This document shows positions 26,172 through 37,131 of a stretch of 64,000 nucleotides of DNA, piece by piece (positions within the stretch are counted from its first letter, which is position 1; each line of letters opens with the position of its first letter). Source of the DNA: Bispira polyomma (taxonomy: Eukaryota); NCBI GenBank assembly GCA_965649765.1, contig OZ287756.1, forward strand, positions 42,842,001-42,906,000, read 5' to 3'. A model generated the notes under the pieces. The model ran no database searches, had not been told where the DNA came from, and saw only the letters and a list, made by a program, of their open reading frames with translations. The position numbers and the translations under genes were made by a program.

Positions 26172-27128
26172 GTTCCCATAGATTACATCAACTGCTGCTC
26201 AGGTTCGAGCCTATTCTGCTTTTCAGCACAGAACTAGGACGCTGTACAGTCGTTCACTGTCACACTTTCTTAAGTTTTGTGTCAGACATTCTGTCCCTCA
26301 CCCACACTACACTCTTAGTGTCATTCTTGCATACATTGAGCATCTTGTGCAACTGCACTTGTCCTATCTTACCATTCAAAACAATCTTTCGGCACTTAAC
26401 CATTATTTTAGGCGTTTTGGCTTGAACCTGGATGTATTCAACAATGTGAAGGTAACAATGTTACTTAGGTCTATTAATAATAATATTCCTAGGAATATAA
26501 AGGTAAAAGACATTTTTGGGGTGGAAGACCTTAAAAAGATTTGTGAACAGTGTGACCATTGGGAAGTGTATATAAATCAGTGTTTCTTATAGCCTTTTTT
26601 GGTTTGTTTCGCATTAGCAATTTATTGTCGCATTCTGTATATATGTATGATAATGAGCGCTTGTTGCTCAGGCGTGATGTTCAGTTCCAGGACCCAGGAT
26701 TAGTTATCAGTGTTAAATGGACTAAAACCATGCAAAGTCGTCAAACCAATGTTCAGTTACAGCTGCCACGTTTGGCTGGTTCCCCTTTGTGCCCTGTTCA
26801 GGCCATTTCTGACATGTATAGTCAGTTTCCAGCCCCTTTGGCTACTCCATTGTTTGTAGTACCTGGTTCTTCTGGTTATCAACCATTAACAGATGTTAAA
26901 GTTCGACAGGTTTTAAAGCATATTTTGGCCATTCTTGGCCTCAACAGTTCCACCCTAGGGTTCCATGCGTTCAGAAGGTCAGGGGCTTCTCTCCTGTTCC
27001 AACATAATTTCCCTCTTCAGTGCCTACAAGCTCATGGCACTTTGACTTTAGACTCTGTCTGGTCCTATCTTCAGGCTGGGGAAAATCTCACTCTCATTCC
27101 ACACACTTTTCAGTCTATTCTTTTATAA
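26172..27128 (+). pseudogene. Element A tyrosine recombinase, frameshifted near 26560
   Basis: AFFGLFRISNL (catalytic R), KWTKT, LCPV, FHAFRRSGAS (HxxR), AHG and VWSYL (catalytic Y). Confidence 0.92.
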
Positions 27129-27887
27129 AAAAAAAAAAAAAATCTTCACACATAAATCCTTGTTTGGCTTGGGGTGGTTAGTATTATTCTTTAGTATTCA
27201 CTAAATAATTTCACCAACTTTTTATATGACGTGTCAAGATCATACAATGTCATACACATGTGGTGAACTGAACGTATGGAACTAATAAATGGAATATATT
27301 ACCAAAAAGTATGTTGTTCTCATTTATGGATTAAACTATCAAGGTCACTGTTCCTTTCAAGGTCACTGTAGTAGGTTTGCGATGACGCACGAAAGTAGCA
27401 AACTTGTTCAGTGATGAATGGTCAGGGACGTTGCACCGAGTTACTGTAGTAAAGCACGTGCCTCGTCGCAGTTCGACGAGAGGCACCAACTGGGTAGCAC
27501 GTATAAGTTTAACTCTATAATTAGTCTTTTAATCTTTTTATTAAGTGTCCAGAAATACAGCCGAGTGTCCATTTCATACCAAGCATGATCGTAAGAGGCT
27601 CTTGTTATACTATGGGAACCTTAGTCGTGGTCAGTGACTGGTTACTATAACTTTGAACACAACGCGAAGTCAGATCAGTTGAACATTTAGATGCAGCTGT
27701 TTATATTTTAAACTTGAGGCTATACTGAAGGTCGCCACAGAAGCAACAGAAAATATTTTAAGCATGCAAATAAACATTTTTACATAGATTTTAGTCAACT
27801 GTTTTAATTTTTATACATTTTCATTGTGTTTTATTATATGTTGGCTACTTGCAAGTGTATATTTGTGTACCACATTGTGTGTTAATT

Positions 27888-29135
27888 ATGGGGAAAACAA
27901 CAAAGAAGATGCTGCTCGCTTCACAATTAAAGAAATCAACACGTCAGAACAAGGGTTCAACAACAAGGACGGGGGACAGGGGTCAACAGGTAAATACATT
28001 ATCTCGCAACTTACAGAGTATTCTGACAGAAGCCGTTGGTAATTACAACAGTACTTCTATGATTGACTCTGATAACGTCCCCGTTCCAGCCAGTATCACA
28101 GCTAGTACACCGCCTCGTTCTAGAGCACCCCTGTCAGGAGAATCCACATCAGATGAAATGCTGAACATATTAAGACGTCTAGAGTCGTCTAATGCCGCTT
28201 TGTCGCAAAGGTTGGACAAAGTCAAGTCGGGAGCGCTGAACCAGCACATTCCAGTGCAATCTCACGGCCCATCGGCCACACAGACCACGAGTATTGCTAC
28301 AAATCCACTCCCGGTTCCCAACTTCACAACGTTTCGACAGCAGCAGCCAGCCGTGGCTCACGTCAACATGGCAACACAGCCAAACGCTGCTCAGACCAAC
28401 CCACAAGAATTTGCCCGTGATGGAATCGTGCCAAACCTTGATGCCTTGCGAACCATGCCGTCAGTACAGGCGGCTGTCACTCAGCAGTTGGCTCAGTATG
28501 AGATGGCAGCCATTAGAGAGTTGACACAAGGTAAGCGACTTAAATCTGGAAGATTCAATAGCACTGACATTACTACGACCGATGCCAAACGCAGATGGCC
28601 CAACGAGGGCTGGGTCGGCGGGGCCACACGCAAACGTCCAGTCTATGATGACTTATCACTGCCCCAATGGGCTGCAGGTCAACTCTCAAACACATTACTC
28701 ATCACCGACATCAACGAGATGCACGGGATCATGCAGCAACTAGTCTATGCACTGAGAAACGCAGCCTCGCTTCCGTGGCCGGTCGTTCGCACCGCGTGGG
28801 CATTGAATATGCAGGAGGTAGAGGAGAGCAGACTGACCTGGGCTGATAACACGCAGTGGGCCATTAACAGGCTCAATGCATCCCAGCTAGCTATGGCAAA
28901 TGGTAATTGGGGGGGTAATGGAAACGTCTCTAGTAACGGTACCACAGGGGAGGGGAAATCAACAATATGTAAGCACTTCAATAGTGGAAAATGCACATAC
29001 AAAGCAGATCATGGGGTCTATAAGCATAACTGTTGGCATTGTGCCAAGGTGTTGGGGAAAGAGTCTAGCCCCCCAGAATTTAAGTGCTTTAAGGCCAATG
29101 CCAGTAAAATTGAAAACAATACCAGTACAAAATAG
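27888..29135 (+). CDS. Element B gag-like ORF1, open reading frame with Cys/His zinc fingers
   Basis: Uninterrupted ORF (track 27849-29135; first ATG at 27888). Motifs KSGR, WPNE, YDDLSLPQW and CKHFNSGKC...H...HNCWHC. Confidence 0.88.
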   Translation: MGKTTKKMLLASQLKKSTRQNKGSTTRTGDRGQQVNTLSRNLQSILTEAVGNYNSTSMIDSDNVPVPASITASTPPRSRAPLSGESTSDEMLNILRRLESSNAALSQRLDKVKSGALNQHIPVQSHGPSATQTTSIATNPLPVPNFTTFRQQQPAVAHVNMATQPNAAQTNPQEFARDGIVPNLDALRTMPSVQAAVTQQLAQYEMAAIRELTQGKRLKSGRFNSTDITTTDAKRRWPNEGWVGGATRKRPVYDDLSLPQWAAGQLSNTLLITDINEMHGIMQQLVYALRNAASLPWPVVRTAWALNMQEVEESRLTWADNTQWAINRLNASQLAMANGNWGGNGNVSSNGTTGEGKSTICKHFNSGKCTYKADHGVYKHNCWHCAKVLGKESSPPEFKCFKANASKIENNTSTK

Positions 29136-29262
29136 GTAGTTTATCGACAACTAGGGACAGAGACAAAGCAATGTAAAATTGAGAGCAGTGATAGTATTTT
29201 AATTGTTAATGTAGATAGTGATGATAATGAGAACATTATGAACAAAAATCATAATGAGCTAA

Positions 29263-31850
29263 ATGAGTACATTTTGGAAAATGTTAAAATTTGTGAAAAT
29301 ATTAAAAACTACAAATAATATGCCTTCTATTGTTATAGAATCAGAAATTTTAGGTGGTGAAATGACCAATACCAAAGGGTTATCTGTTTCCTCCTGGGTG
29401 AGAGATGAAGGGCAGGAACTTGCAGAGAATGCACTTCACGAGCTCCAGCATAGCAAAATAACGGTAACAGAAAGCGCATACAATCCAGAAATTCATAGAG
29501 GGCATGTTGTTATAGGCAGCACTGACCAAGCACTGAATCAGGGTAAGGTTGGGAATTTAAAAGAAGTTGAAATGGACAAAACTGTCACAATTTCTGAGAC
29601 AAATTGGGCGTATGTGGATTTTACAACTGGAAATAATTGTCCTATTGTACACATAGCTGATCATAATGGCCTGAGTCAAGGTTTTTACCGTTTAGAAATA
29701 GATTTGGTCACTGCTGCCTCTCTGTTTTATAAAGTTGAATTTAAACCTAATGGTTTATTGCAAATAATGAACTCTTATCAAGTGTTGGTTAAAGACCTGA
29801 ATGTAACAAGTAATTGTCACAACAAAATTAAAATCAGATCTCAAAGAGACATAAATCAGGCAGCAATGGTTGCTGACAATTATAAAGCAGATGTAAAAAG
29901 TTTACAACGACATGGTAAAAACCATACTGAAATGATGGAACAAGTAATTGACTCGTTGATATATAACTGTGAGCATGAAATAAATAATAATAATGTAAAC
30001 AGTGAAGATAACAGAAGTCTGGATCACCAGCACTTGGCAGGGGCAGAAGCCCATTTCAATGCAGGTAAAGAAAATTGTGATAAAATACACACTCTAAGGG
30101 ACTTTAATGACAAAGATAAGGAAATAGGTTTTCTAGCTTTAGCTCCTACTAAGTACACTTTTTGTGGCCCTGACAGATGTGGGGAAAAAGTTGACACTAT
30201 CCCAAAAATCTTATAAATGGCTAAAATAATTAAAGTCACAGGGGTACCCAATTTTAAACAGGCAAGAATCCCTGTTAGTTCAGATTTACACATTAAGGCA
30301 TGGGAGGACATGCTAAGGGAATATCCAGATGAACTCCTTATACAATACATAAAGTTTGGTTTCCCTCTGTGTCTGGAAGATCCAGACAGTGTCAGAAATA
30401 AAGACATAAAAAATCACTTCTCAGCTCTTCAATTTCCCTATAAGGTTGGAAAATATCTAAGGAAAGAACAGCAATGGGGTGCTATGCCAGGTCCAAGTAA
30501 GAAAATTGACACAATTTACTACAACTGCTCTCCTCTGCTTACCAGGCACAAAGATGGTAACAAGCGTCGTGTAATACTACATTTGTCACACCCATATGAG
30601 ACATCTCTCAATGACAACGTGAATAGGGACAAATTTGACAACATAGCATTCGCATTAAAATTTCCCACCATTGATAACATCACAGATGCAATTCGCAAAA
30701 CGGAAGATGTAATGTTATTCAAAATTGACGTAGACCGCGTGTTTCGCAACTTAAGAGTTAACCTGTAGACGCAGTCAAACTTGGCATATTTTGGAACAAT
30801 GAATATTACATAGACCCTGTGATTGCATTCGGGTGGGTCCACGGCAGCGCGGCCTTTCAACGCTGCACTGACGCAATTACGTCACGCATGCGTAAACAAG
30901 GATATAATGTATTTGGGTACATAGACGATTACGTGGGCGTAATTTGTAAAAAGGATGCAGAACAGGGTTTTGAAAGTTTACACTCACTACTCACAAAACT
31001 TGGTTTACCCATGAATGCAGACAAACTAACTGCCCCATATAGGAAGCTCACATGCTTAGGAATTGATTTTGACCTAGACGTAGGTACTATAAGTATTCAG
31101 CCTGAAAAACTCAAAGAAGTGTATGACTCATGCGCGGACGCCATTGACAAGAAATACATAGGCAAGACAAAATTTCAATCACTTCTTGGAAAGTTACTCT
31201 ATGCTCATAAATGTGTAATTCCGGCTCGTGCATTTATCAATAGATTATTAGCAGCCTTTAGAAATAACCATGACAGAAAGCGATTTAAGGTTACACAAGA
31301 TATGAGGAATGACTTACAATGGTTTATTTCTTTCATGAAAAAATTCAATGGAATCACTTTTATTAACCACAAAAATATTCCTTTTGCAAATGAACTGCAT
31401 CTGGACACCTGTCTTACAGGCTTTGAAGCAATCTATAATGATGAAGTATATGCCACCCCGTTTCATAACTTATTCGACCAAGATCTCACGATTGTACATC
31501 TCGAAATGTTGAATATAATAGTAGCACTACGTGTATGGGCCAGAGCATGGGAGCATCAAGCAGTTTGTATCAATTGTGATAACATGGCAGTAGTTCTAGT
31601 TGTTGGTTCTCAGAAAACCAAAGACCCTTTCTTAGCTTAAAGTGTAAGGAACATTTGGCTCATTACAACCACATATGATATTAAGTTAGAAATTAAACAT
31701 ATACCAGGGAAGGCAAATGTAATTGCTGATCATTTATCAAGAATTTACTCTAGCAAACCTCCTAATGAATTGGTAATGCACTCATTACTGAGTAATTTCA
31801 GGTGGAAACCTGTACCAATTGACTACTTCAATTTAAGTTTATCCATATAA
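29263..31850 (+). pseudogene. Element B pol (N-terminal extension, RT, RNase H) with stops at 30214 and 31638 and a frameshift near 30765
   Basis: IKFGFP, RRVILHLS, FKIDVDRVFRNL, FGWVHGS and YIDD. RNase H motifs LDTCLTG, HLEMLN, CDNMAVV and HIPGKANVIADHLSR. Confidence 0.92.
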
Positions 31851-31856
31851 TTGTAG

Positions 31857-32833
31857 GCTCTACAGTCATCAGTCAAACACTGATGTCTTCAGCTTGGTTA
31901 AGGATGAACTCATCACTCAGGCCTAAGACTACTGCAGCATACAAAGGAAAATTCAGAACATTTCTCAGCTTTCTTCAAGTGGTGGGCATTCAACAGATTA
32001 CTGTGCATGCTGTCATTGCTTTTATTGAATATTTAATTCAGAACAACCTGTCTCCAGGGGCTATTAGTAATTACATGGCTGCAATCAAGTTCACAGCTAA
32101 CAAATTTAACTGGGACTTGACACCCTTTACACATAATTCCGTAGCTCTGTTGTTAAGGAGCTTGACACATAAGTCAGCATTTAAACATAAACCCAAAGGC
32201 ATTTTCACAATAGAGCATCTAGTGGAGATCTCAAAAGCATGCAATATACTAGAGGACCCAATATTATTCAGGGCAGTATTTATGCTGGCGTTCTTTGCAT
32301 TCTTGAGGGTCTCAAACATTGCTCCTCAGTCCAGAGCTATTTTTGACACAACTAGACATTTCTTAAGGCAAGACATTATCTTTGTTGAGCCTGGAGCACA
32401 TATCATATTAAAGTGGGCAAAAAACTTACAGAACCGCACAGATACCCATATCATACAGATTCCAACTCTAAAAAACAAGCATGTTTGCCCAGTCACAGCT
32501 TTGAAGGTACTATTACAATCAAGACCAAACTCGCCAGCACATCCTTTGTTTGCAGCAAATGTTAGTCCTTTTCACACAATAGTAGATTCACGCATCAGGG
32601 TAGCACTGCAAACAGTACTAGAACATATAGGCATACAATATGCATCACATGGCTTTCATACATTTAGAAGGTCTGGGGCCACCTTCGCATTTAATCACAA
32701 TGTTTCATTACAAAATATAATGGCCCATGGCCTATGGAGGTCTTCCTCGGTATGGACATACCTACAGAAAACTTCACAAGCTGCGTCTATAGTACCACTT
32801 ACATTTGCTGCAGCTATCCCTTCCTCCCTTTAG
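31857..32833 (+). CDS. Element B tyrosine recombinase, intact ORF (ATG at 31883, frame open from a putative splice acceptor at 31856)
   Basis: AFFAFLRVSNI, KWAKN, CPV, FHTFRRSGAT, HGLWRS and VWTYL give the complete R-K-HxxR-H/W-Y signature. Confidence 0.93.
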
Positions 32834-33413
32834 TTTGGCTTAGGGCTTAAATTTTTTTTAAAAATGTCCAAATTTTAAGCATTATATTTTAATATTTTAT
32901 GTAACATTGTAAATATTACTAACATGTACAAAAATAAAACCTCAAACCTAATCTTTTACTACCTGTCTTTCATCAAACATCACACTTAATATATCTAGGC
33001 CTCACCTTCTGCAGAAATAGCTTTAGAAAATCTGACCTTGCATTGTGTGACCTTACTTTTCAAACATGGGGACTGTAACTAGTAGGACACTTTAGGACAC
33101 TAATGATTCAGTCCTCGTACCAAAGTTTATACCTCTACCTTAAATATGTGAACTACACATAACTATGCTTAACAAATTTGTCTCTCCATCCACAAACTGA
33201 CCAATCAGATTATTCGACTTGTAGCTTAATTTCCGCTTTTTGAAGGGATTCCATATTGAAATTTGCTAATGACATGAAGGGCGACAGAAAATATTTTAAG
33301 CATCCCACCACCTCCCCTTTACCACAGCTAGGGATAAGATTTTTCCATGGCATTAGATCAGAATGGACTTAAGTTGTAAGGTTATAATCCCAGTTAGATC
33401 TGGGTAGGTCGAA

Positions 33414-33543
33414 CCTTGGGCCGTGTGGGGGCGGGGTCCAGTCTGCTGTAATCCTCCCCTGAGCAAACCACTGGGGTGCCAGGGTAGAATAGGGGCTCTG
33501 AGAGGCTGGACCTACCCTTGCTAGGCGGGGTTGTCCAAGGCCC
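33414..33543 (+). ncRNA. Putative structured cis-acting RNA/ssDNA element in the A2-B2 spacer of element B
   Basis: Stems ggtccagtct (33435-33444)/aggctggacc (33503-33512), gagc/gctc and ccttgg/ccaagg. Conserved, with compensatory changes, at 61371-61514. Confidence 0.6.
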
Positions 33544-34091
33544 TTGGTTCCAACCTGAACAAGTACTGGTAAATGAGGAAATTTACAAAAATTTATACAA
33601 GTTCAACCTTGTGGTATCAGGTTTCAAGAATGTCTAAGGAACAAATGACACATTTGTAACTAGAATTGTTTTTGACTATATTCAGGAAAACGTATGCTAG
33701 AGGTAGACATTAACAAATGACATTAGACTACATATGTGATTTGTGGTTTATGACAAAGTTAAGGTGTAAAAATACTTGGCAGGGAACGTTAAAAATGTAG
33801 ATTTATGGGTCGCTTATGTCGACCCTCATAGAGTGTGAGAGTTGGGTGAAGTACATCACTCACATCAGAAAACGTTATCAAATGTAATGATTTATGGCAA
33901 GCTAGAGCTGGTTAAAAGTTGAAACAGCGTTAAATGCAGGCACAAGTATGTGGTTCTTTTAAAACTTACAATTTGTATGAATTATTTTACTGGTTAAAGT
34001 TTCTTTTAGTGTATGGGATTTATATCGTGTTTAATGGTGTATCTGACTCTTATGTAGTACAATCATTTATATTATTTATATTATATTATGT

Positions 34092-37022
34092 AATCTAACA
34101 GCCAAAGTTGTGCCAGTTTATGTGGACTCCTCTCGTATCTGTGCTGTAAAAGCTATTTTCAATGACACTGCTATACTTTTAATTAATGTGTACATGCCAT
34201 ATAACTCCAATATGGACAGTTATGTTGATGAAGTTAATAATATATTATCAATGGTGTCCTCTATTTGCAAAACTGCATCAGCAAATTATATAATCCTAGG
34301 TGGTGATTTTAATGCTGATCTAAACAAATCTAACCATAGAGTTACAAAAGTTATTGGAGAATTTGTGTCCAATGAATCTTTAGAATGTTGCATTAAATGC
34401 AGTTTAAGTAAAATACATTTCACCTATATGAGCACAAGTAATGAGGGTGTGTCAATAATTGATCACTTTTTTGTTTCTCGTAACTTGTATGATGACATTT
34501 TGACATATGATGTCCTTCATGATGGTGACAACTTGTCTGATCACTCTGTGGTATCTTTGAGTATAATGTGTACTAAAGTGGAATATGCAACTGTAATTGT
34601 AAATGCGAACAATAAATCCATTTGTTGGGAAAAGGCCACTGATGTGGACATTGCTAATTATCAGTCTTTGATTGATCTTACTTTGAGTAAAATTAATATC
34701 CCATGGGATGCATTGAAATGTAATGACTACTTCTGTGATATACATAAAGAGCATATAAATAATTTTCATGACGCCATTATAAATGCTCATGCAGATGCTG
34801 CTAATATGTGTATTCCTACCACCAATACAGTTAATAAGAAAGGTAATATTCCTGGTTGGAATGAATTTGTATGTTCAAAAAAGAAATCAGCCATCTTCTG
34901 GCATAATATGTGGAGAAGTAATGGTTCTCCACATAATGGTATCATTGCTGACATAAGACGGAGGACACGAGCTCAATATCATTACTCTATTCAGTTTGCT
35001 AAGAACAATCAGAATGGTATATGTGCAAAGGCAATGGCTGATGCAATATCATGTAACAACTCCAGAAAATTCTGGACTGAAATGAAAAAGAAATTAAGTA
35101 ACAAAAACTCCAGTATTCTGAATGTTGACAATTTAACTGAAAAACAGAATATTTGTGATTTATTTGGAGATAAATATAAGACCTTATATACTTCTGTACC
35201 TTATAATGTTGAAGAGATGAAAACATTATGTAACAGTATTGATAATAAAATTGTTGGGAATTGTATTGAAGGCAAGTGTTATAATAAGCATGTAATTACT
35301 GTAAATGATGTAATTGATAGTGTTGCTAAATTGAAGAATAACAAAGGTGATGGAATACATAAGGCATTTTCTTGTAACTTAATAAATGTTCCCCACTTGT
35401 CTTCTGTATATATTTCAATATTGTTCTCATGTATGTCACGTCATGGTGTTATACCAGGTGATATGACCCTTGGTACTATAACTCCAATAATTAAGAACAA
35501 ACGTAAATCTTGTAATGAATCTAACAACTTTAGAGCAATAACCTTGAGTAGCATATTGGGTAAAATGTTTGATAATGTAATACTTTCTCAAAACAGTAAT
35601 GTTCTAAACACATGTGATTTACAATTTGGTTTTAAAAGTAAACATTCTACAGTTATGTGTACTTTTGTTCTAAAAGAAATTGTGCAGTATTATGGTAACA
35701 ATAATAGTAATGTACATTGCCTTCTACTTGATGCTACACAAGCATTTGATCGTTTACAATATGTTAAACTTTTCAATGTCCTCTTTAAGAGAGGGGTATG
35801 TCCTGTGACAGCTAGATTTCTAATTATGTTATACACTCAACAAAACTTACAAGTCAAGTGGGAAAACTGTTATTCATCTGAATTTGGTGTTAAAAATGGT
35901 GTGAAACAAGGAGGGGTATTGTCACCTATATTATTTACAGTTTACTTTGATGAGCTTCTTCAAATGTTAATAAAGTCAGGTTATGACTGTTGGATAGGCA
36001 ATACATTCTGTGGAGCATTGGCATATGCAGATGATGTGACAATTTTAGCTCCAACCTTAACATCAACCAAGTTACTGTTACAAATTGTTCATACTTTTGG
36101 TAAAGAATATCATGTAAAGTTCAACCCTAGCAAAACTAAACTTGTGAGATTCGGTTCTTCGAGAAATAATGAGAACAATGAATATGTAATGTTTAACATT
36201 CATAAAATATATTGTGAGACCAATGCAAGCCACCTGGGCAATCTTATTGGGAATAATACAGAAAAAGATAATATTCAGAAAAATATATATGAATTTGTAG
36301 CAAATGTAAATATAATAATGTTTTATTTTCACATGTCTAATACTGAGATAAAATACAAATTGTTAAAAGCATACTGTATGCCATTGTATGGCTGTTGTTT
36401 GTGGGACTTTTCTGGTAATGATGTAAGCAGATTTTATGTAACATGGCGTAAATGTATAAGGAGGTTATTACATATACCCCATAACACACACTGTAGGTTT
36501 TTACCTTATATTGTAAATGACAAAACTGAAGAAATCCAGCTACATAAAAAGGTTTGTTAAATTTTTCAGTGATGCAATGTGTAGTGAGAATAGTTTGATT
36601 AATTTATGTTCCAATTTAGCAAAAAGTGGTAGTTGTTCTGATGTTTGCAACAGTTATGTATTTATTAAACACAAGTATGGCATGCAAAGTGATTACTCTA
36701 ATTATAATGAAAACCTCTGTTGTGAGAATGAAAAGCTTAGTGTTGATGATGTTGTACATATAATATTAAATATTATACAGGACCTATTAAGTCTGAGGGA
36801 GGATGGAAATACTTTTTTAACCCATCAGGAAATAAATGAGATATTAAAATACGTATGTACAGTATGATATAACATGTAGTATTCTTTATTATGTACATAT
36901 TATGTGTTGTTTTTTTTTTGTTTTGTTTTTGTTGTTGTTTTTGTTTGTTCCTATCATGTTTGTATATTATAAAAAAAAAATGTACTTTGAGTACGAATAA
37001 ACTACATGAACTATTATTATTG
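34092..37022 (+). mobile_element. 5'-truncated non-LTR retrotransposon (APE + RT; RTE-group, Proto2/RTEX-like), inserted in the spacer of element B
   Basis: 816-aa ORF with APE motifs (NVYMP, GGDFNAD, IDHF, SDH) and RT motifs (QFGF, DATQAFD, GVKQGGVLSP, YADD). The C-terminus continues after a frameshift to 36867. AATAAA at ~36996 and a short (TAT)n tail. Confidence 0.9.
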
Positions 37023-37131
37023 TGAGGCTAGTCCTGTGTTATTGCTTATGGCTAGACCTATACCTGTTATGATTTAGTACCCTTTAGTAGGGGGCTTAAA
37101 AATTTGTTAAAAATGTCAAAATTTTTTTAAC

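Larger units (their letters stand above)
21148..27506 (+). mobile_element. Ngaro-like YR retrotransposon A, decayed, nested inside element B
   Basis: 138-bp direct repeats at 21148-21285 and 27369-27506 flank gag, RT/RNase H and YR ORFs. No B2 repeat found. Confidence 0.9.
20541..27739 (+). mobile_element. Putative solo-LTR-like insertion (20541-21147 plus 27507-27739) splitting repeat A1 of element B, itself interrupted by element A
   Basis: Extra sequence relative to B's A2 begins TGTAAG and ends GGTCGCCACA. A TATA-like gtatataaac near 20964 is followed by a GA-rich tract. No convincing TSD; cgccacagaa occurs near both ends. Confidence 0.45.
20343..37122 (+). mobile_element. Ngaro-like YR retrotransposon B (A1-gag-pol-YR-B1-A2-spacer-partial B2), carrying nested insertions
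   Basis: 200-bp direct repeat at 20343-20542 and 33077-33276, continued by acagaaaatattttaagcat at 27746-27765 and 33284-33303. B1 starts ~32842 and its start recurs at 37091. gag, RT/RNase H and YR ORFs lie between. No methyltransferase domain seen after RNase H. Confidence 0.88.

Noticed and set aside
20541-27740. GT-AG intron (GACAT|GTAAGT...CACAG|AAG) explaining why A2 lacks this segment
   Set aside because: The spliced product gacataagcaacag does not reproduce A2 (gacatgaagggcgacag) exactly. An insertion is the simpler explanation, although splicing is not excluded.
26172-32833. Phage integrase or bacterial contamination
   Set aside because: Both recombinases follow gag and RT/RNase H ORFs between split direct repeats, the standard YR-retrotransposon layout, and are embedded among animal SINEs and LINEs.
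33414-33543. Hammerhead or HDV-like ribozyme assignment for the conserved fold
   Set aside because: CUGAG occurs, but there is no correctly placed CUGANGA...GAAA three-way junction and no HDV P1/P1.1/P3 arrangement. Left as an unclassified structure.
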